DNA of 62,701 nucleotides, counting the filler, from Nemertoderma westbladi (lineage: Eukaryota > Animalia > Xenacoelomorpha), in NCBI GenBank assembly GCA_032718475.1. It is 3 parts of 3 records of this genome, joined end to end, with 100 filler letters (N's around TTAATTAATTAA, not from the genome) between each part and the next. Parts side by side here need not be neighbours in the genome. Positions count along the whole stretch, not along the records: positions 1 to 27,411 come from JAUCBJ010000913.1; 2 more parts are not named here. One strand, 5' to 3'. Shown piece after piece: positions 12,309-26,530 of the stretch. Positions within the stretch are counted from its first letter, which is position 1, and the number at the start of each line of letters is the position of its first letter. Under the pieces are notes generated by a model that worked only from the letters and a program-made list of their open reading frames with translations, did not search any database and was not told where the DNA came from. Both the position numbers and the translations under genes were made by a program.

Positions 12309-12895
12309 ACTAAGATCAATATCGGCAGTATTTCCACTTCAAAGTAGGAGATAGATAAGATGCATAGTACAGTAAAACAAAATGATCAGGGGTGTCGATA
12401 TGGCGAACTACTGTAGTATACAGAACACTAAAAGCCCCTGATTTCAATTAATACTTTGGAATAATTCAAGTTAAGAGGCCTTTGCATATCAAAATAGCCG
12501 TTGGACAGGTAGGTTAATTAATGTTAATTTAATGGCTGAATTATAAGTAGGCCTATCGTAGGTGTACAGTATAAAATCACGAGTCAGGGAGGACAAACTA
12601 GTACAAAATAATGTATTTATTGATATTGAGTATTGGTGAAATTTTTCAATTAAATTAATGTCTTCAGGATCCCGACGAAATACAAATTTCACATTTTATA
12701 TCACAATTTGTTTTATCATATATTTGTCACAAGTTTTATAAAAACATTCATTCCCGAAATTCTGGATCCGCTCATGCTCTATGTACTGTATGTAGCCTAA
12801 AACAACTAAAGTACGAACATTTTGCAAACATTAACAGTATTGAGTAGACTACAGTACACTGTACAGCATGGCTTTTTCACATCCTTATAATAAAG

Positions 12896-13660
12896 ATGGC
12901 GACGAGAAAAAATGAAAACGAAATTTAGATGCAAAAACTAGTATATTTTTTCTCAATCTAATAAAGGAGAAAAAGTCCGACCTCCAAGACCCCAAAAAGT
13001 CTTTAATTCACAAGAAAATCTGGGAGGATATAACGATTACAGTAAACGCCATCTCCGCCAGTACATTCACTAATTATAAATCAACTCGTACCCGATACAA
13101 TGACCTTGTTTATAGTGCGAAGGCTATCAAACAAGATCATGATAAACTAAAAAACAAGAGCGGCGGGGGTGCGGTCGCCGATCTTCCGTGTTGGGTAAGA
13201 TTGATTATTCACGACATCTTGCCGACGGTTGTGGTAGAAGGTATACCGGGTGCTTGTTCAACCAATGATGAACGACAACGTCAGTCACGCAGCACCGACG
13301 ACATTGATGAATTAATATAAATAGTTGAGAAGGAGTCAGGAGAAACATCGCAGACCTAGACGTCTATAATAGTTAATGATAGCGATAGTGCTCCTAAAAT
13401 TATTCAGCCATCAATCTCAATCGTCCCAACTCGACCTTTCAAAGGCCATTAGTGCCGCTACCTGTAAGGCTGGGACGAAAGCTGATATTGATTCAGCGCA
13501 TGTTGCAGCCTTATTAGCGGAGAGGGATAAACATCTCGCAGAGACTGAACTTATTAAATTTAAGACGGCAATTGCCAGGGAGAAACTTGAGATTCTAAGA
13601 AGTAAAAAAACTCAAGAAATTCGCAACTCTGTATTGCAGTCACTCAGTAGGCCTACACAG
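12896..13660 (+). pseudogene. Degenerate Myb/SANT-like DNA-binding protein (PIF/Harbinger ORF2 type)
   Basis: KKIWEDITITVNAIS..KSTRTRYNDL..KNKSGGG..VVVEGIPG and a C-terminal coiled coil; several stops and frameshifts. Confidence 0.55.
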
Positions 13661-14294
13661 TACAGTATAACCAACCAGTACTTTTACAGCAGTATTTGTT
13701 ACTGTACAACACAGTTTGTTGTATTTGTGTTGTAAGTTAAAGGTACATAGAGTATGTTCGTCCATGAGAGTTTACAGTAGTAGGCCTTAGGCGACCTTTA
13801 TTGTAAACATCGTCAGACATGATACTGTACTATTATTTGAGTAGATACAAATTTATGCATTTTAATTTAATTTATAATTAATTTACTTCGTTTCTAATCG
13901 ATCAAATTTATATATTTAATTTACGTTATTTGGATTCCGTATTTTTGTACTACAGTACAATAAAACGTAACTCTGCTTTATTGTCTCATTACAGTAGTGA
14001 GTTTATATGATAACTTTTAGGAATAACTAATTTGGTTTCTGTATATATATATATAGGCCCTACAGTATTTTGTACATACTGTATGTAATACATCCATGTG
14101 TAATACTGTGTAGTCGTATATATTATATAGGTGTATAATTGGGTTATTGAAATATTTTACTCCTGACGGTTTTTTGTCATGGTCAATATATATTTTGGAT
14201 CCCCGATTGTGCAATTGATGTCTAAAGGGTGCAATTAAATCTCATGCAAGTGAGAAGACCAAACATGTCTCTATATTCTTAGCTTTTTAGATAA

Positions 14295-15660
14295 TCACGG
14301 CCGCTGGGGTTGAAAGAAGAGAATATCGTGACTGGGTGGAGATTTCTGGGTGGATTTATTGGAGCACAAAGCGAACGAGATAACTTTTTGAATGAAAAGA
14401 TCGAGCAATGGGTGCAACATATCGAGGTGTTGGCGGGGGCAGCAAAGACTTACCCACAAGAATCACTCACCGCCTTGACGAAGTCACTACAGGCAGAATG
14501 GGACTACACAATGAGAGTGATGGATGTCAGACCAGATAAGTATGAGCCATTGCGACGCGCCTTAGCTGACAAGTTTTTACCAGCCTTGTTTGGAGTGGTT
14601 GTTCCGCAAGCTGATCTGGACCTGTTGTTTCAGCCCGTGCGTCATGGTGGAATTGGGTTACGTGATCCAGTGTTCAGAGCTGCTAGTGCGTATCAAGCCT
14701 CGAGGGAAGGCACCGAGCTGGTGGTGAGAGCCTTGAAGGAAAAGACTCCCCTATCAGTGGAGGATCATAAAACGTTGCTACAGGGAACCATCCGTGAAAC
14801 TAGGTTGAGGGAGGCAGTGCGGGCGAGCGAGGTTCAGACAGTTGTATTGGGGGCAATGGTGCCAGATCGAGCGCAATCAGTGAAGCGCCAGCTGGACTCG
14901 AAAACTGCTGGCTGGTTGAGTGTGACCCCATCGCTGCTTCATCAGACAGGCATTTCAGCGCAGACATTCCGCGACGCCCTGTGTCTGCGGTATGGTTATA
15001 CTCCCCCGGAGTTGCCATCACACTGTGATGGCTGTGGTTCTATCTTCACCATAGACCATGCCCTGAATTGCAAAAAGGGCTGGCTGATATGTCGTCGACA
15101 TGATGAAATGCGGGATGTGATCGGCGAGTTGTGTGGGTTGGCTTGGGGTACGAGTGCAGTCAAGCGGGAGGTAGTGCTACGAGAGGGCCAGTATCTTGGA
15201 GACGCGGGAGTCCGAACAGATTTGCTAGTCCGGGGCGTATGGGCACCACAGAGGGAGGCGTCGTTCGACGTATGCGTTACAAACGCTGACGCTCCCTCAT
15301 ATCGTGCCCGTACATCAGACAGTATCCTCTGCGAGAAGGAACGAGTCAAAAAGCAGCACCACTGTCGCATTAGCGAGCAGCTGCGCCTGACCTTCACCCC
15401 CCTAGCGATGACTTCGGATGGTGTGTGGGGCAGAGAGGCATCTCACTTTATCCATCACTTGGCGGCAAAGTTGTCAGAGAAGGACAGTTGGAACGAGAAA
15501 CCCCCAGGATTCGTTCTCGGATGGGTTAGGGCCCGTCTGTCCATCGCGTTGGTGTGCGCTGTGGGTTTGTGCCTTAGAGGGGGGCGACGTTCGTGGCGGC
15601 TACTGGGGCTGGATGACGGCGCAGGTGCTTGGGTAGCAGACTGAAGAGTTTGGTTGGTGA
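14295..15660 (+). mobile_element. 5'-truncated CRE-like (RLE-type) non-LTR retrotransposon with an uninterrupted 444-aa ORF
   Basis: RFLGGFIG (RT end), PVRHGGIGLRDP, CDGCG..DHALNC zinc knuckle, RRHD, RTDLLVRG..FDV..EKERVK endonuclease motifs. Confidence 0.85.
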
Positions 15661-15689
15661 ACCCATGTCAACTCTGTTCATAAATCTTA

Positions 15690-18600
15690 AAGTTACCGGT
15701 AACAAAATTGTTCTATTTGTACTGAACTATATTTGTATAAAAGCACCAGTATAGTGAGTAATATAATGTGTAAAATACTACTTTTCATATTAAATTAAAT
15801 GTGTTCTTCTCTCTTTATTACACATCTGAAGTACAGCAGTATTATCAGCACATACGGTAATTCAATCAGTCAGTCAGTATGCTACATTATTATATTCGGC
15901 AGTACGGTAGGTACATATCTAGATACTATGTCTGTACACAATTGTACATATATTGCACTTAGATCCCAGTCATTGCATTCGCGACACTCCCAACACCAAA
16001 AATAAATACAATTTATATACTTTTTACCAATTATTGCATTCGTGACATTCCCTAAACCAAAAAATTACTAAAAAATAAATAAAAAATTTATTCAATTTCT
16101 TCATAACAGTTCTTAATATTCTTCTCCGCAATAATTGCTGCTTTTCGTTTTGGTCTGGATGTGACTTCATTTACTTTCAGTTTCGACTTGATAGCTAGTT
16201 TCGGTCTGTCTAATTGTTTTTCGGTCTCTCTAATTGTTTATCTATTGAGCTATCTGTATGTGTGTCACATTCTATTGGGAATAAAAGAGTTATATGTCTT
16301 TCTATTATTTTCTTTGATGGAAGCTTTACTTTTACGGAACGAACTTGACCATCAGAACTAGGTAATAATTTATGAATACGACCGAGTTTCCATGAACCTC
16401 TTGAGGTTTTACAATTTTCTCTTTGTCTTTAATGATAACAACATCTCCCACCTTTGGGATGTGAGAATCTTTTATACGTGGTTGGGGCAGATCAGATTGA
16501 TATCGTTCACGAAGAGACATCAAATATTCTTTATAGAATACATTCCAGAAGCTATCTAGAAGATTATTCCCTTCTTTCCATTGTTTTATGAGCTTATTTG
16601 CAGAGTTTTCTGGTTTCATCAAATAATAATCTAAATCCTTAGCATTCTCATCATCTTCTGATGTAGGTGTACCAATTGTTGTGTTGATAGAGAGAAAGTG
16701 CGCAGGAGTTAATGTCAATCCGTCGTCGATTGCGGATGATACATACACCAATGGTCAGGAATTTATTACAGCCATCACTTCAGCAAATAAAGTTTGCAAT
16801 TGAACTAGTGATAAACAAACTTTACCAATAACTTTCTTCATTACACGTTTCATTAATCCAACTAATCTTTCATATACACCTCCCATCCATGGGGCATAAG
16901 CTGTAATAAATTTAAATTTAGTATTACCAGTTGAAACATAACTTTGGACATCTTTGTTTGTGATTGTCTTCTCCCACATTTTTTCAATAACAGTTTTGGC
17001 TAGTTTAAAATGTGGAGCATTATCTGCAATTATCAGTTTAGGTTTGCTATAGCGAGCAAAGAATCTCCTCAAACATAATATGAATTCATCAGTAGTCATA
17101 TCAAGTACAACTTCCAAATGGACAGCTCTAACTGTCAAACATGTGAATAAACATCCCCAGACCTTCACAGTTGTATTATTGTTATCCTTGATATACAACG
17201 GACCAAGATAATCAAGACCAACATTGGTAAAGGCACTAGATCTTGAAGCACGTATAGATGGCCATGATGGCATCGGGGGGATTTGTAAGGTCCTCCATCC
17301 TTCCTTTTGCATATTTTGCAATTTCTGATTATAGATCGTACTACTGTTCGACCATGTGGTATCCAGTATTCTTGGCATATTTGATATAGTGTATGAGATA
17401 TTCCTGAATGTAAAACATCAACATGGAACTTTAGGACTGTTAATTCTGTGTATCTGGATGCTTTTGGTAATAATTTTGGAAATTTAGCACTTTCCATTAA
17501 GTCCACATAATCATAACGTCCATTGCAATGAATAAGTCCATTTTCATGTATTTGTAATCCGAGCTGACACTGTAAATTGTTCTTCTTCTTGTGTTTTATA
17601 TCTATAATAATTTTACCATAATATTGTTTTTGAATATGAAGTTCCCACATTAGTTTGGATTTTTCTAACTCGGAAGGTAGAAGGAACTTGTCTTTTATGT
17701 TTGTCTTCTTTCGACAGTTATTAATAAATCGTTGAATCCATGAAGTGACTCGAATTAATCTTTTCAAGGTAGAGAAATTATTTATATCTAACTCAAAGGG
17801 ACTGTTTTTTATTACAGTAGAAGCAAGTAATCCAACTTCATATAAGGTTTGCGGTCTGTTACTTGATATATTTTCTATCATTTCGTTAGTAATTGGAAAT
17901 CTGTTCCATATTGGCCATGAAGTTTCTGGTTCTTTCAACCATTCTAGGCCTTCCCACCATAAATGAGATTCTTTAATATCAACTGCAGATTGTTTACATG
18001 TAGCTAAATCAGCAGGGTTGTCAGAGCTAATGACATATCTAAAACATACATCAATTTGTGATTTTATTTCCATTATTTGTTTGTCAATAAATTTGCTTAT
18101 AGATCTTGGAGATTTTAACCAATCTAAGCAACATTGTGAATCAGTAAACAATGTTTTGTTTGTAATTGTCACATTTAATGATTGAGCAACAAATACCATT
18201 GCACGTAATGTTATAACAAAACCTAGTAATTCAGAATTGGGAATACTGATATCATTTTTAGCAATTGTTTTTGCTGGTTTTAATCTATTTTTAGAGAAAA
18301 CCAGACAGGTTTTTATTGCTTCATGATTAATGATTCGTAAATAGACTGCAGCAGCATATGCATATTTTGATGCATCAGAAAATCCCACAATATCATATAT
18401 TATTTTACTATCATCAACATAGCAAAAGCGACGTGGTATTTGGTGAGTAGATATTTGTTGTAGTTCAATTACAATATCTTTCCATTGTGCTATTTGATAT
18501 TCATTTAGTGTATCATCCCACTTCATATTATTGTTTTCTATCCACAAGGATTGAATGAATATTTTAGAGGCTAATGTTACAGGATTAAAGAAACCCATAG

Positions 18601-21600
18601 GGTCAAAGGTTTTTGCATGTATGCTAAAAACAGATCTTTTTGTATAGATATCATTCATAGATCCAGTTTGTGTTGGTCCTTTAACAGATAATGTATCTGA
18701 TATTCTATTCCATGTTACACCAAGCACCTTTAAACTATCTTTGCCAAATTTGTCATCTTCAGATACACTCTCAATAAACTCATTAGAATTAGACATATAT
18801 TGTCTAATGTTCATTGGAGCAGCATTAAATATTTTCTTTGATTCATTATAAAATTCAATTGCTTCTGGTAGCGTATTTTTACCACTAATTATGTTATCAA
18901 CATAAATATTATTGCGTAACTGTTTTGCATTTGGAGAGTCTACATTAGGAAGGGATAAATGGTGATCAATGGTTGCAGCTAATATAAATGTACTGGAGAT
19001 TATTCCAAACAAGATTCTACAAAATCTGTAAACTGCAATATTGTCCTTTGTTGATGGAAGGGATTGATCTTTTAGCCAGAAAAATCTAGTTACATCCCGC
19101 TCAGCTCGGTTTAGGCCAACTTGGAGAAATGCTTTCTCAATATCTGCTAAGATAACAATATTCCACATTCTTAATCTTAATAACAGGCTGCATAAGTCAT
19201 GTAACTTGCAAGGTCCTCTATATATGCATTCATTTAAACTTTTATTTTTTGACTTTGAAGATGCATCATATACAATTCTGACCTTGGTTGATAATCTGTT
19301 GTAATCTACAATAGGATGATGTGGAATATAATGGAGTTTGTGACTCTCACACTCATTTTCGTCGACCATTTCAATAATCCCCTTTTTTATTTAGTTATCT
19401 ATTATTGTAGCATATGATTTGAATAAAGTTTCATCATTTTGAAATCGTCGCAATAAGGTTTTAAATCTACCCAGTGCTAATTCTTTGTTGTCTACTAAAT
19501 CAATAGTTTGTGCATGTTTCCATGGCCAAGAAACAAAATATATATTTTCTTTGATATCATATGCAATACTTTTATTAAATAACTCCATAGCTACATCGTC
19601 ATCAATTTCATTCACTGTTATATCTTTAATACCAATAGTTTCTAATTTCCAAAAGTTTTCTAAAGAATGGATTTCATGAGTTCCAGGTATTTTTGGGCTA
19701 TCAATAGTTAATAGGCAATTTTCATTTGCTTGTTCATTGGGTTGTTCACATTCAAAACGACCTGATAACATCCATCCAAACTTAGAACCTAACAAATATG
19801 TTCCTTTATCGATAGTAATTCTTTCACCAGTGACAAAATCAAAATAATAGTCATTTCCGATTAAGAAATCAATGGTTACCACTTCGTTTTTAATTGGTTG
19901 TGGGTCTGCAAGTGGTAAACTACTTAATAAGAAGTTTGAGTTATTAATATTGATAGTTTGGCGTTGTAATTCGCCAGTTATTATGTTAACAACTTTGCAA
20001 TTAACAATTTGGGAAGTTCCATCTTTACATAAAACAACAACTTCTGTTTCAGCACTTCTAATTTCAGTTGGTTCTTTACAACCAAATGTATTTACCGCAT
20101 CAATTTACAGTTTCAATCCGAGTTTTCTAGCCAGTTTCTCAGTAATAGTAGTTCGTTTACATCCAGTGTCGAACAAAGTTCTTACAGTATAATCCATCGA
20201 TGCAACAGAGTTCTTTAATTTTACTAAGGCAGTTTGCATTACTACAACATTATCAGAAGCTAATGTACAGTTTTCAATTTTACTGTTGTTTGTGTCAGTT
20301 GCTGATAAATCATTACAGTTGATGTCAATTGTTGCAGGCACTGAACTTTCTACTGATGCAAAATTTGCAGAAGAACCTCTGCTGTTGCCACTTGTTGGTT
20401 TCTTAGATGGAAATTGTTTAAAGCATAAACTTCTATGGTGACTACGGCGTTTTTTACAGTAGACACATGGTTTATCAATTCTACACTGGTTTGAACTATG
20501 TCCTTTCTTTGCACAAATGTAGCAATGACCCTTAATTTGCATTCGCCTTGAATCAGCATCATCATATTTTTTACATTCATCACTCCAATGTTCACCCTTA
20601 CAGTACAAACAAACTTTAGTGAACTCATGGTTAGAACTTACAGTTAGTGCTTCTGTTGTTGATTTGTAGATAGGCTTGTGGATATGTTGACTTATAGGCG
20701 TGTGGACTAGTAGACTTCGGATCTATAGAAATCTGTTTTTTATCCATTTCTTTATTTTCAGATTGTCCACTACATCTTTCTCCATCCTCTCGGGCAGTTA
20801 TAAATTTCTTTATATGTTTTCTCAAGGAATCAACAGTCCAATCCTCTTCAGGGTCTTTTTGGAGTTCCAACTGAACCTTTATCTGAGTGGGGAATTTTGA
20901 ATTAATTAATGAAATAAAGACAGCCTGGTTTATTTCTTCCCCTAGAGCAATCAAACTTCTAAAATGTCTTTCTAAAATTTCATATGTTGTTCTAAGCATT
21001 GCTGTATTGTTCGAGGATGGTGGAACTGACATTAACTCAGAGTAATGGGCATCAATAGTAAACTGTTTTTTACCAAATCTTTCTTCTAAAATTTTTTTTT
21101 TTTTTAATTTTTTTAGTTAGTTCAATGCCTAAAATAACTTGTTTTGCATCACCCTGTAATTTGGACTTTAAATATTGCAGTTTTTCTACAGGTTGCAATT
21201 TAGTGTTTCTATTAATCGCAGCATCAAAAGAATCCCAAAATTCTCTCCATTTTAAAAAACCACCATCATAACCTTCAAACTCTAGTTTGGGGAGTTTGAC
21301 AAGAGAATTAATATCACTGGTACCTGATACGAAAGTGTTAAAAGATGTACCAGGGGGATTTCGGCCTACATATGAAGGTTCCAGTGTTGTATTCATATTT
21401 TCAGTGAGCATCATTACTCTAGTATCAAGCTTAGTTAAATAATCATTTACATTGCTATCAATGTAGATACAATCGAAACCCTCGATCCTCGTCTACTTCT
21501 TCAATAAGGTCAAATATTTTTTCATCATATTCCTTTAAATTTGTGTAGTATCTATTTATTTTACCGTATATAATTCTTAAATCTTCTATATTTACCTGAG

Positions 21601-21720
21601 AGCCAGCATCTAACAAAATACCTGCTTCAGTAAACTCTTTCTTTATATTTGTCCGGACAGCATTTCTTTGCTGTTTATATTTTCTTCTTTTTGTCTCCTC
21701 TATATTCTATATTTAGTATG
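15690..21720 (-). mobile_element. BEL/Pao LTR retrotransposon, degenerate (gag, PR, RT, RNase H, IN), with a 3' LTR; 5' LTR not seen
   Basis: KLPKLE..W..FWDSF (DUF1759), three Cys/His knuckles, LFDTG protease, YIPHH..RIVYDAS, ADIEKAFLQV, IYVDN, GFSDAS, FTDS, NPAD, GLDYLGP, APWMGGVYERLV. PPT-like GGGAG then TGTCGCG on minus at 15986. Confidence 0.92.
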
Positions 21721-22332
21721 GAGTAGATGGAGTAGAAAATGGATGTTAATAGCTCTGTTATCAACAACCGACCCATATATGAATATAGGTTAATACTTAA
21801 GAGTAATCAAATGATTTGTCACAATGTGGGCTATTAGGCCAGTACCGGCGTTTTATTGAAGTGCCGGTGAATAATTCTGCAATTCATTCACAAAATGTTG
21901 TTGATAGCTTAGTTAACAACCAAAGGAATATTTCATTAGGCGTTTAGGCCTTATTTCAGTACTTGCTGAAATAAATTCGTGAATATCCAGATATCATGTT
22001 TTTCACCATGAAACTGTAAGCCTAATAATTAATTTCAGTATTTATTAATTGCTGAATTGCAAATTAATTACTGCAGTATTATATTATTATTAGTTCTACA
22101 AACCTTGCTTTTGCTTTAAGTTTCAGCGTTTTCTTCTTATCGCTGTATTGCACGTACAGTTTTCAACCATCTTCGTACCGTATTACATCTGTGCACTGGC
22201 ATGACTGGTGTAGGTCCGGACCGGTATCCGGTACCGGTAGTAATAAATAGCATCCAGTACGGGGTATAATTTGGCAATTCTGTTTATCTAAATTTACTTA
22301 TAGCCTACCAGGAATTCGAAAATTCCTACTAA

Positions 22333-24020
22333 ATGGAATTCGAAATTGGGAGTGATACTGATGATGATTGTAATGATTCTGGCCTGATGTTGATGAATAG
22401 ATTGTGGCAAAATACACTACCCGAACTTAATATACCGCCGCACTACTACCCAGTTGATCCACAACCCAAAACACCTCCATTATCCGACTGTGATATCCCA
22501 TCTCCGATTCTATCGGATTTCGATGACGAAGGTAAAGATAAATCCTGGTTTCCTGTGAGGAATGATGGCAAGGGCATATGTAGGGGTGGTTATGGTGTTG
22601 GACATGGTGGTTGTGACGGAGGAGGGGACAATGACATTGGGGTTATCACAGGGGGCATTGAGGGTAGGCCTATTGTAGTTGGTGCAGAAGGTATTTGGGG
22701 AGGTGATATTGGGGACACAGTAGTTGGAACTAACGTCATTGGGGGTGTTATTGGCAATGGGGAAATAGTAGTTGGAACTGCTGAGGACATTGGGGGTGAT
22801 ATTGAGAATATAGTAGTTGGAACTGAGGACATTGGGGGTGATATTGAGAATATAGTAGTTGGAACTGAGGACATTGTTGGTGATATTGAGAATATAGTAG
22901 TTGGTACTGAGGACATTGGGGGTGATATTGAGAATATAGTAGTTGGTACTGAGGGTATTGGGGGTGACGTTGGGGACATTGTAGTTAGGCTGAGGGCTTT
23001 GGGGGTGAGATTGGAAGTGGGGCTGAGAACATCGGACATAAAAAGAGAAAACTGAAACGCAAGACACGGGATCAACTGACTTTCAGTGCTGATAAAAAGC
23101 GCAATAGAGATTCAACTCTTTGTAAACGAAAGTCAACCTTAAAATCTAAGTCTGATGATTTGGATATTACGACTCAAGTAAAAACAGACTTAATTTTTAT
23201 GACCTCAAAGATTTCAAAGACAACCAAAAAGGAAGTTTTCCATTTAGAATTTTATTCTTCGCATGATAAACACGCTACCAATACAAGTAATACAAGTCTT
23301 CTTTCTGGCCTAAATCTTCCCCTATCTACTATTAGCAAACAAGAGTTCTCAACTAAGGGAGAGGCACGACAGGCTGTGGGCCGCATACTTATGGGAGATG
23401 AGTCTGCAGGCTATGATGGCGGTGGAACTGCATGTGATTCGCATGTGGATGCACCACAGCCACTAGTGACACCAACAAAGGCGCCATATAGTGCAATGCC
23501 ACGTGTGTTTCCTATTCCATCCCAAGTATGTAGGATTTGTGGGGAACTTAGTGGAGGAGAACGGGATATGGGAGGCTTGTGGTTTGGATGCCGTGGTATT
23601 GAAGGTAAATGTTCTGCATGGGCACACGCCACTTGTCTTGGTGTTGGAAAAAATACAACAGCTATTACGGATAAATTGGAATGGAACTGTGCTGTTCATT
23701 TATCAGGGATCAGCACAACACAAAGCCGTGTTACACAGGTAATATCTAATAATCACGAACAAATGTGTCGGATCTGTGGGCGTCAGTATGGTGTCATTGG
23801 GGACATCGCTGGCCTTTGGCTAGGTTGTCAGGGGGGTGATAGCGTCTGTAAACAGTGGGTCCATGCCCACTGCTTAGGTTTTCCAACTTTACGGAAAGGG
23901 AGTGAAACAGAAAAATCATTAGTGTGGGAATGCAAAGAACACTCGAAATTACCTAATGTCCCTGCTTTAACCAAGAGAGGTAGAGGGCATCCTGCAAAAA
24001 GACAAATAAATAATTTGTAA
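22333..24020 (+). pseudogene. Transposon accessory protein: acidic 14-aa repeats, basic/MADS-like segment, two PHD fingers and an AT-hook-like tail; one frameshift near 22987
   Basis: The frame of ORF 23160-24020 is open back to 22989 and continues the repeat register. CRICG..WFGC..C.AWAHATC..WNC..H twice; KRGRGHP. Confidence 0.7.
22670..23005 (+). repeat. 42-bp coding tandem repeat (IVVGTEDIGGDIEN)
   Basis: ATAGTAGTTGGAACTGAGGACATTGGGGGTGATATTGAGAAT, about 4 near-perfect copies plus degenerate ones. Confidence 0.9.
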
Positions 24021-24506
24021 TCAACTAATTGAGTTTTATAGTTTAATATATAGGCCTACTTGTTGATTTTAAAACATTATTTACCTTTGTAACCTCACTA
24101 TGCAATGATTTAAATGCAATAGTTAAGAATTTAATCAGTGAATCATACTTTTAATATTTTGTTTATCTTAAACTCAATTTAAGTATCAAACTCAATTCGA
24201 GACAGGGGAGCTGGGAGGGACTTGACACAAATCACACCTCGATGAATTAAATATATAATCTCGGCAAATTAGCAATGTTAATTATCAATTAAGGGAAAGG
24301 AGCAGGTTACAGTGGTATGCTATTCTACAATAAACGAAAGTCAATAGCAAAGGCTACAGTGGCATATTATTCTAACCAAAACAATAAATTAAATACATAT
24401 ATTCAGGTTACAGTTTCATTTTTGAGAGTAATCGTCTATGAGTTGCTTTGAATTTCCCCACGGGAAGGACATTCAATAGGTAATTAGGCTAGGTGATGTA
24501 TAATAT

Positions 24507-26530
24507 TTAATCAGTTTCATAATCACTAGAATTACTTGTATCCGTTTCATTACAGTCCAAGAGAGGCGGGAGTGAAGAGACAGTTTCAGTATAATCCTCT
24601 AAATATTTATTTATTAGCACCTGTATATCAGGGTACTCAAAAATATTATTATACAGTTCAATGAACGAATTCTTCAGATGGCATCTTAGAAGTCTTTGTA
24701 AAATATGATCACTAATGTCCTTATTTGAGCAATTTTTAGAAAACCACTCAATAATTGTCTTTAATTGGTCTATGGTTTGATGATCAGGCGATTCTTTAAG
24801 ACATTCTTGCGTATATGTAATTGGAACTGGCTCGCATTTCGGATTTTCAGATCCTGAAAATACAGCTTTGCAACAAGTTATTAAATTAGTGTAGCCATAT
24901 TCTAAAAACTTTCCAAAATGAGAACTCATTTCTCCACTTAGTCCAAGTGGATGACGTTTGTCGGGTATAAATTGCGAACTCATTACGAAATGGGAATTGT
25001 GTAATAATTTCCTAAATTCCAGTACCATTTTCGAAAGGTCTACATTTTTTTTTCTCAATATATCAGCTTTGTATGGATCCAACTGTATCTGATGCAATAA
25101 AGACACTGTCTCTCACTTCTGCAAGCGAGTTGCCAGTTCTGTAGTTTGTAATCCATCGTTTCCAAGATGGTAGACCCCCACTCGTATTCCTCTTAATTTT
25201 TTTGTGCACTTCTTCTAAAACATAATCTAGCCCCTGGCCTTTAAATGACAGACCCCGGGAGAAACCTTCATTTTCATACAGTCTTGAAATATACCCAGGT
25301 AGCTGCCACTTTTGTATGAAATAGTGTGTTATAATTTTTCTGTAAATATGATTTGTGTGTGCAAAAAAGGTTGGTGCGAACTTGAATAAGAAAGTGTCAA
25401 TTGCTTTAGAGTTGTTGCGTCGAATTCCAGATTTAAATAAGTAGGCTGATAGTATAGGACCAATTGTCCAATCAAATAACATTTTTAGGGATGGATTCTG
25501 AATCTTGTTCGCCCATAGATAAAAATAATTTATTGTAATATCTGTTGTCATTTTCTTTGCATATATTTCACTGATGGCCAACATCATTATCTCTTTCAAA
25601 TTAGCAATTAATATTATATCGAATACTTCAGTCATCTTGTGGTGATCATTTGCTTTTAAAAAGGCTGATTGAGCCTTGGTCGTTTTGTAATTAGCAATTT
25701 CGGTAGCAAACATCTGTAGGAATGGTGTCCAAAGAATCTTAGTTAAAGTTTTTATCATGTTCAAATGAATATGTCCAAGTCCAGGCTTTAATATAATTTG
25801 TGATGCCAGCTCCGTATTTTTTTTTAGAATATCAATAGCCAGAGAATATGGCAAACCATCCATGACAACAACTAACCACTTTCGGTTTTCTGATAAAAAA
25901 TGTAGGCATAATTTCTGTAGAGAATTTTCCACTGCCTCTGATGACCCTGGATCACCTGGAAATGGATCATGTATTCTAAACTGTATGTCACCATCTTTCT
26001 TATCGAAATCAATTGATGTGCCATCGATAAAAGGATATGTATCCATTACACGAACACCAGTAGACAATTTGTCAGAGGCAAGAGAATCATCATGCAGTTC
26101 GTTTACAGAACAACCATTGGAAATAAATTCAGCCTTGACCTCTTTGAAAACCGAACTTAAGAATCTAAGTCTTGTTGCTGCCGCAAACTCGTCCATCTTG
26201 TCAACTTCGCATGACAACAAACTATCGAAACTCCCACGGTCTATGAACTGAAGCGCAGTGAACTGTGTAGGTTGGATCGTATGGAACAGCATACTAGCAA
26301 CACTAGTCGTTTTAGATATAGGAACTCCTTGGAATATTACATGATAAGTTTTTAGATAATGTTGGTTGTTATCAATGACTACATGCAAATCACCAGAAGG
26401 AGTTTCATAAGGAACTTCAAGTGCTTTCTTCATGACCTGACCTTTTAGAAATGTGGTGCTTCCACTGGGAGAACCTAAACCTTGTAACATCGTTCCAATT
26501 TTACTACTGGAAAGCATATATGACACATAC
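24507..26530 (-). pseudogene. DDE-like transposase of the DUF6589/IS3EU-related type, 5'-truncated, with a frame break near 25080
   Basis: VVIDNNQ, VVVMDGLPY, PGLGHIHLN, DHHK, GIRRNN, FFAHTNHIY, GQGLDYVLEEVHKKIK, PSWKRW; convergent with the PHD gene. Confidence 0.6.

Noticed and set aside
22510-23075. Minus-strand Pro/Thr- or Asn/Tyr-rich ORFs
   Set aside because: Antisense shadows of the 42-bp coding repeat.
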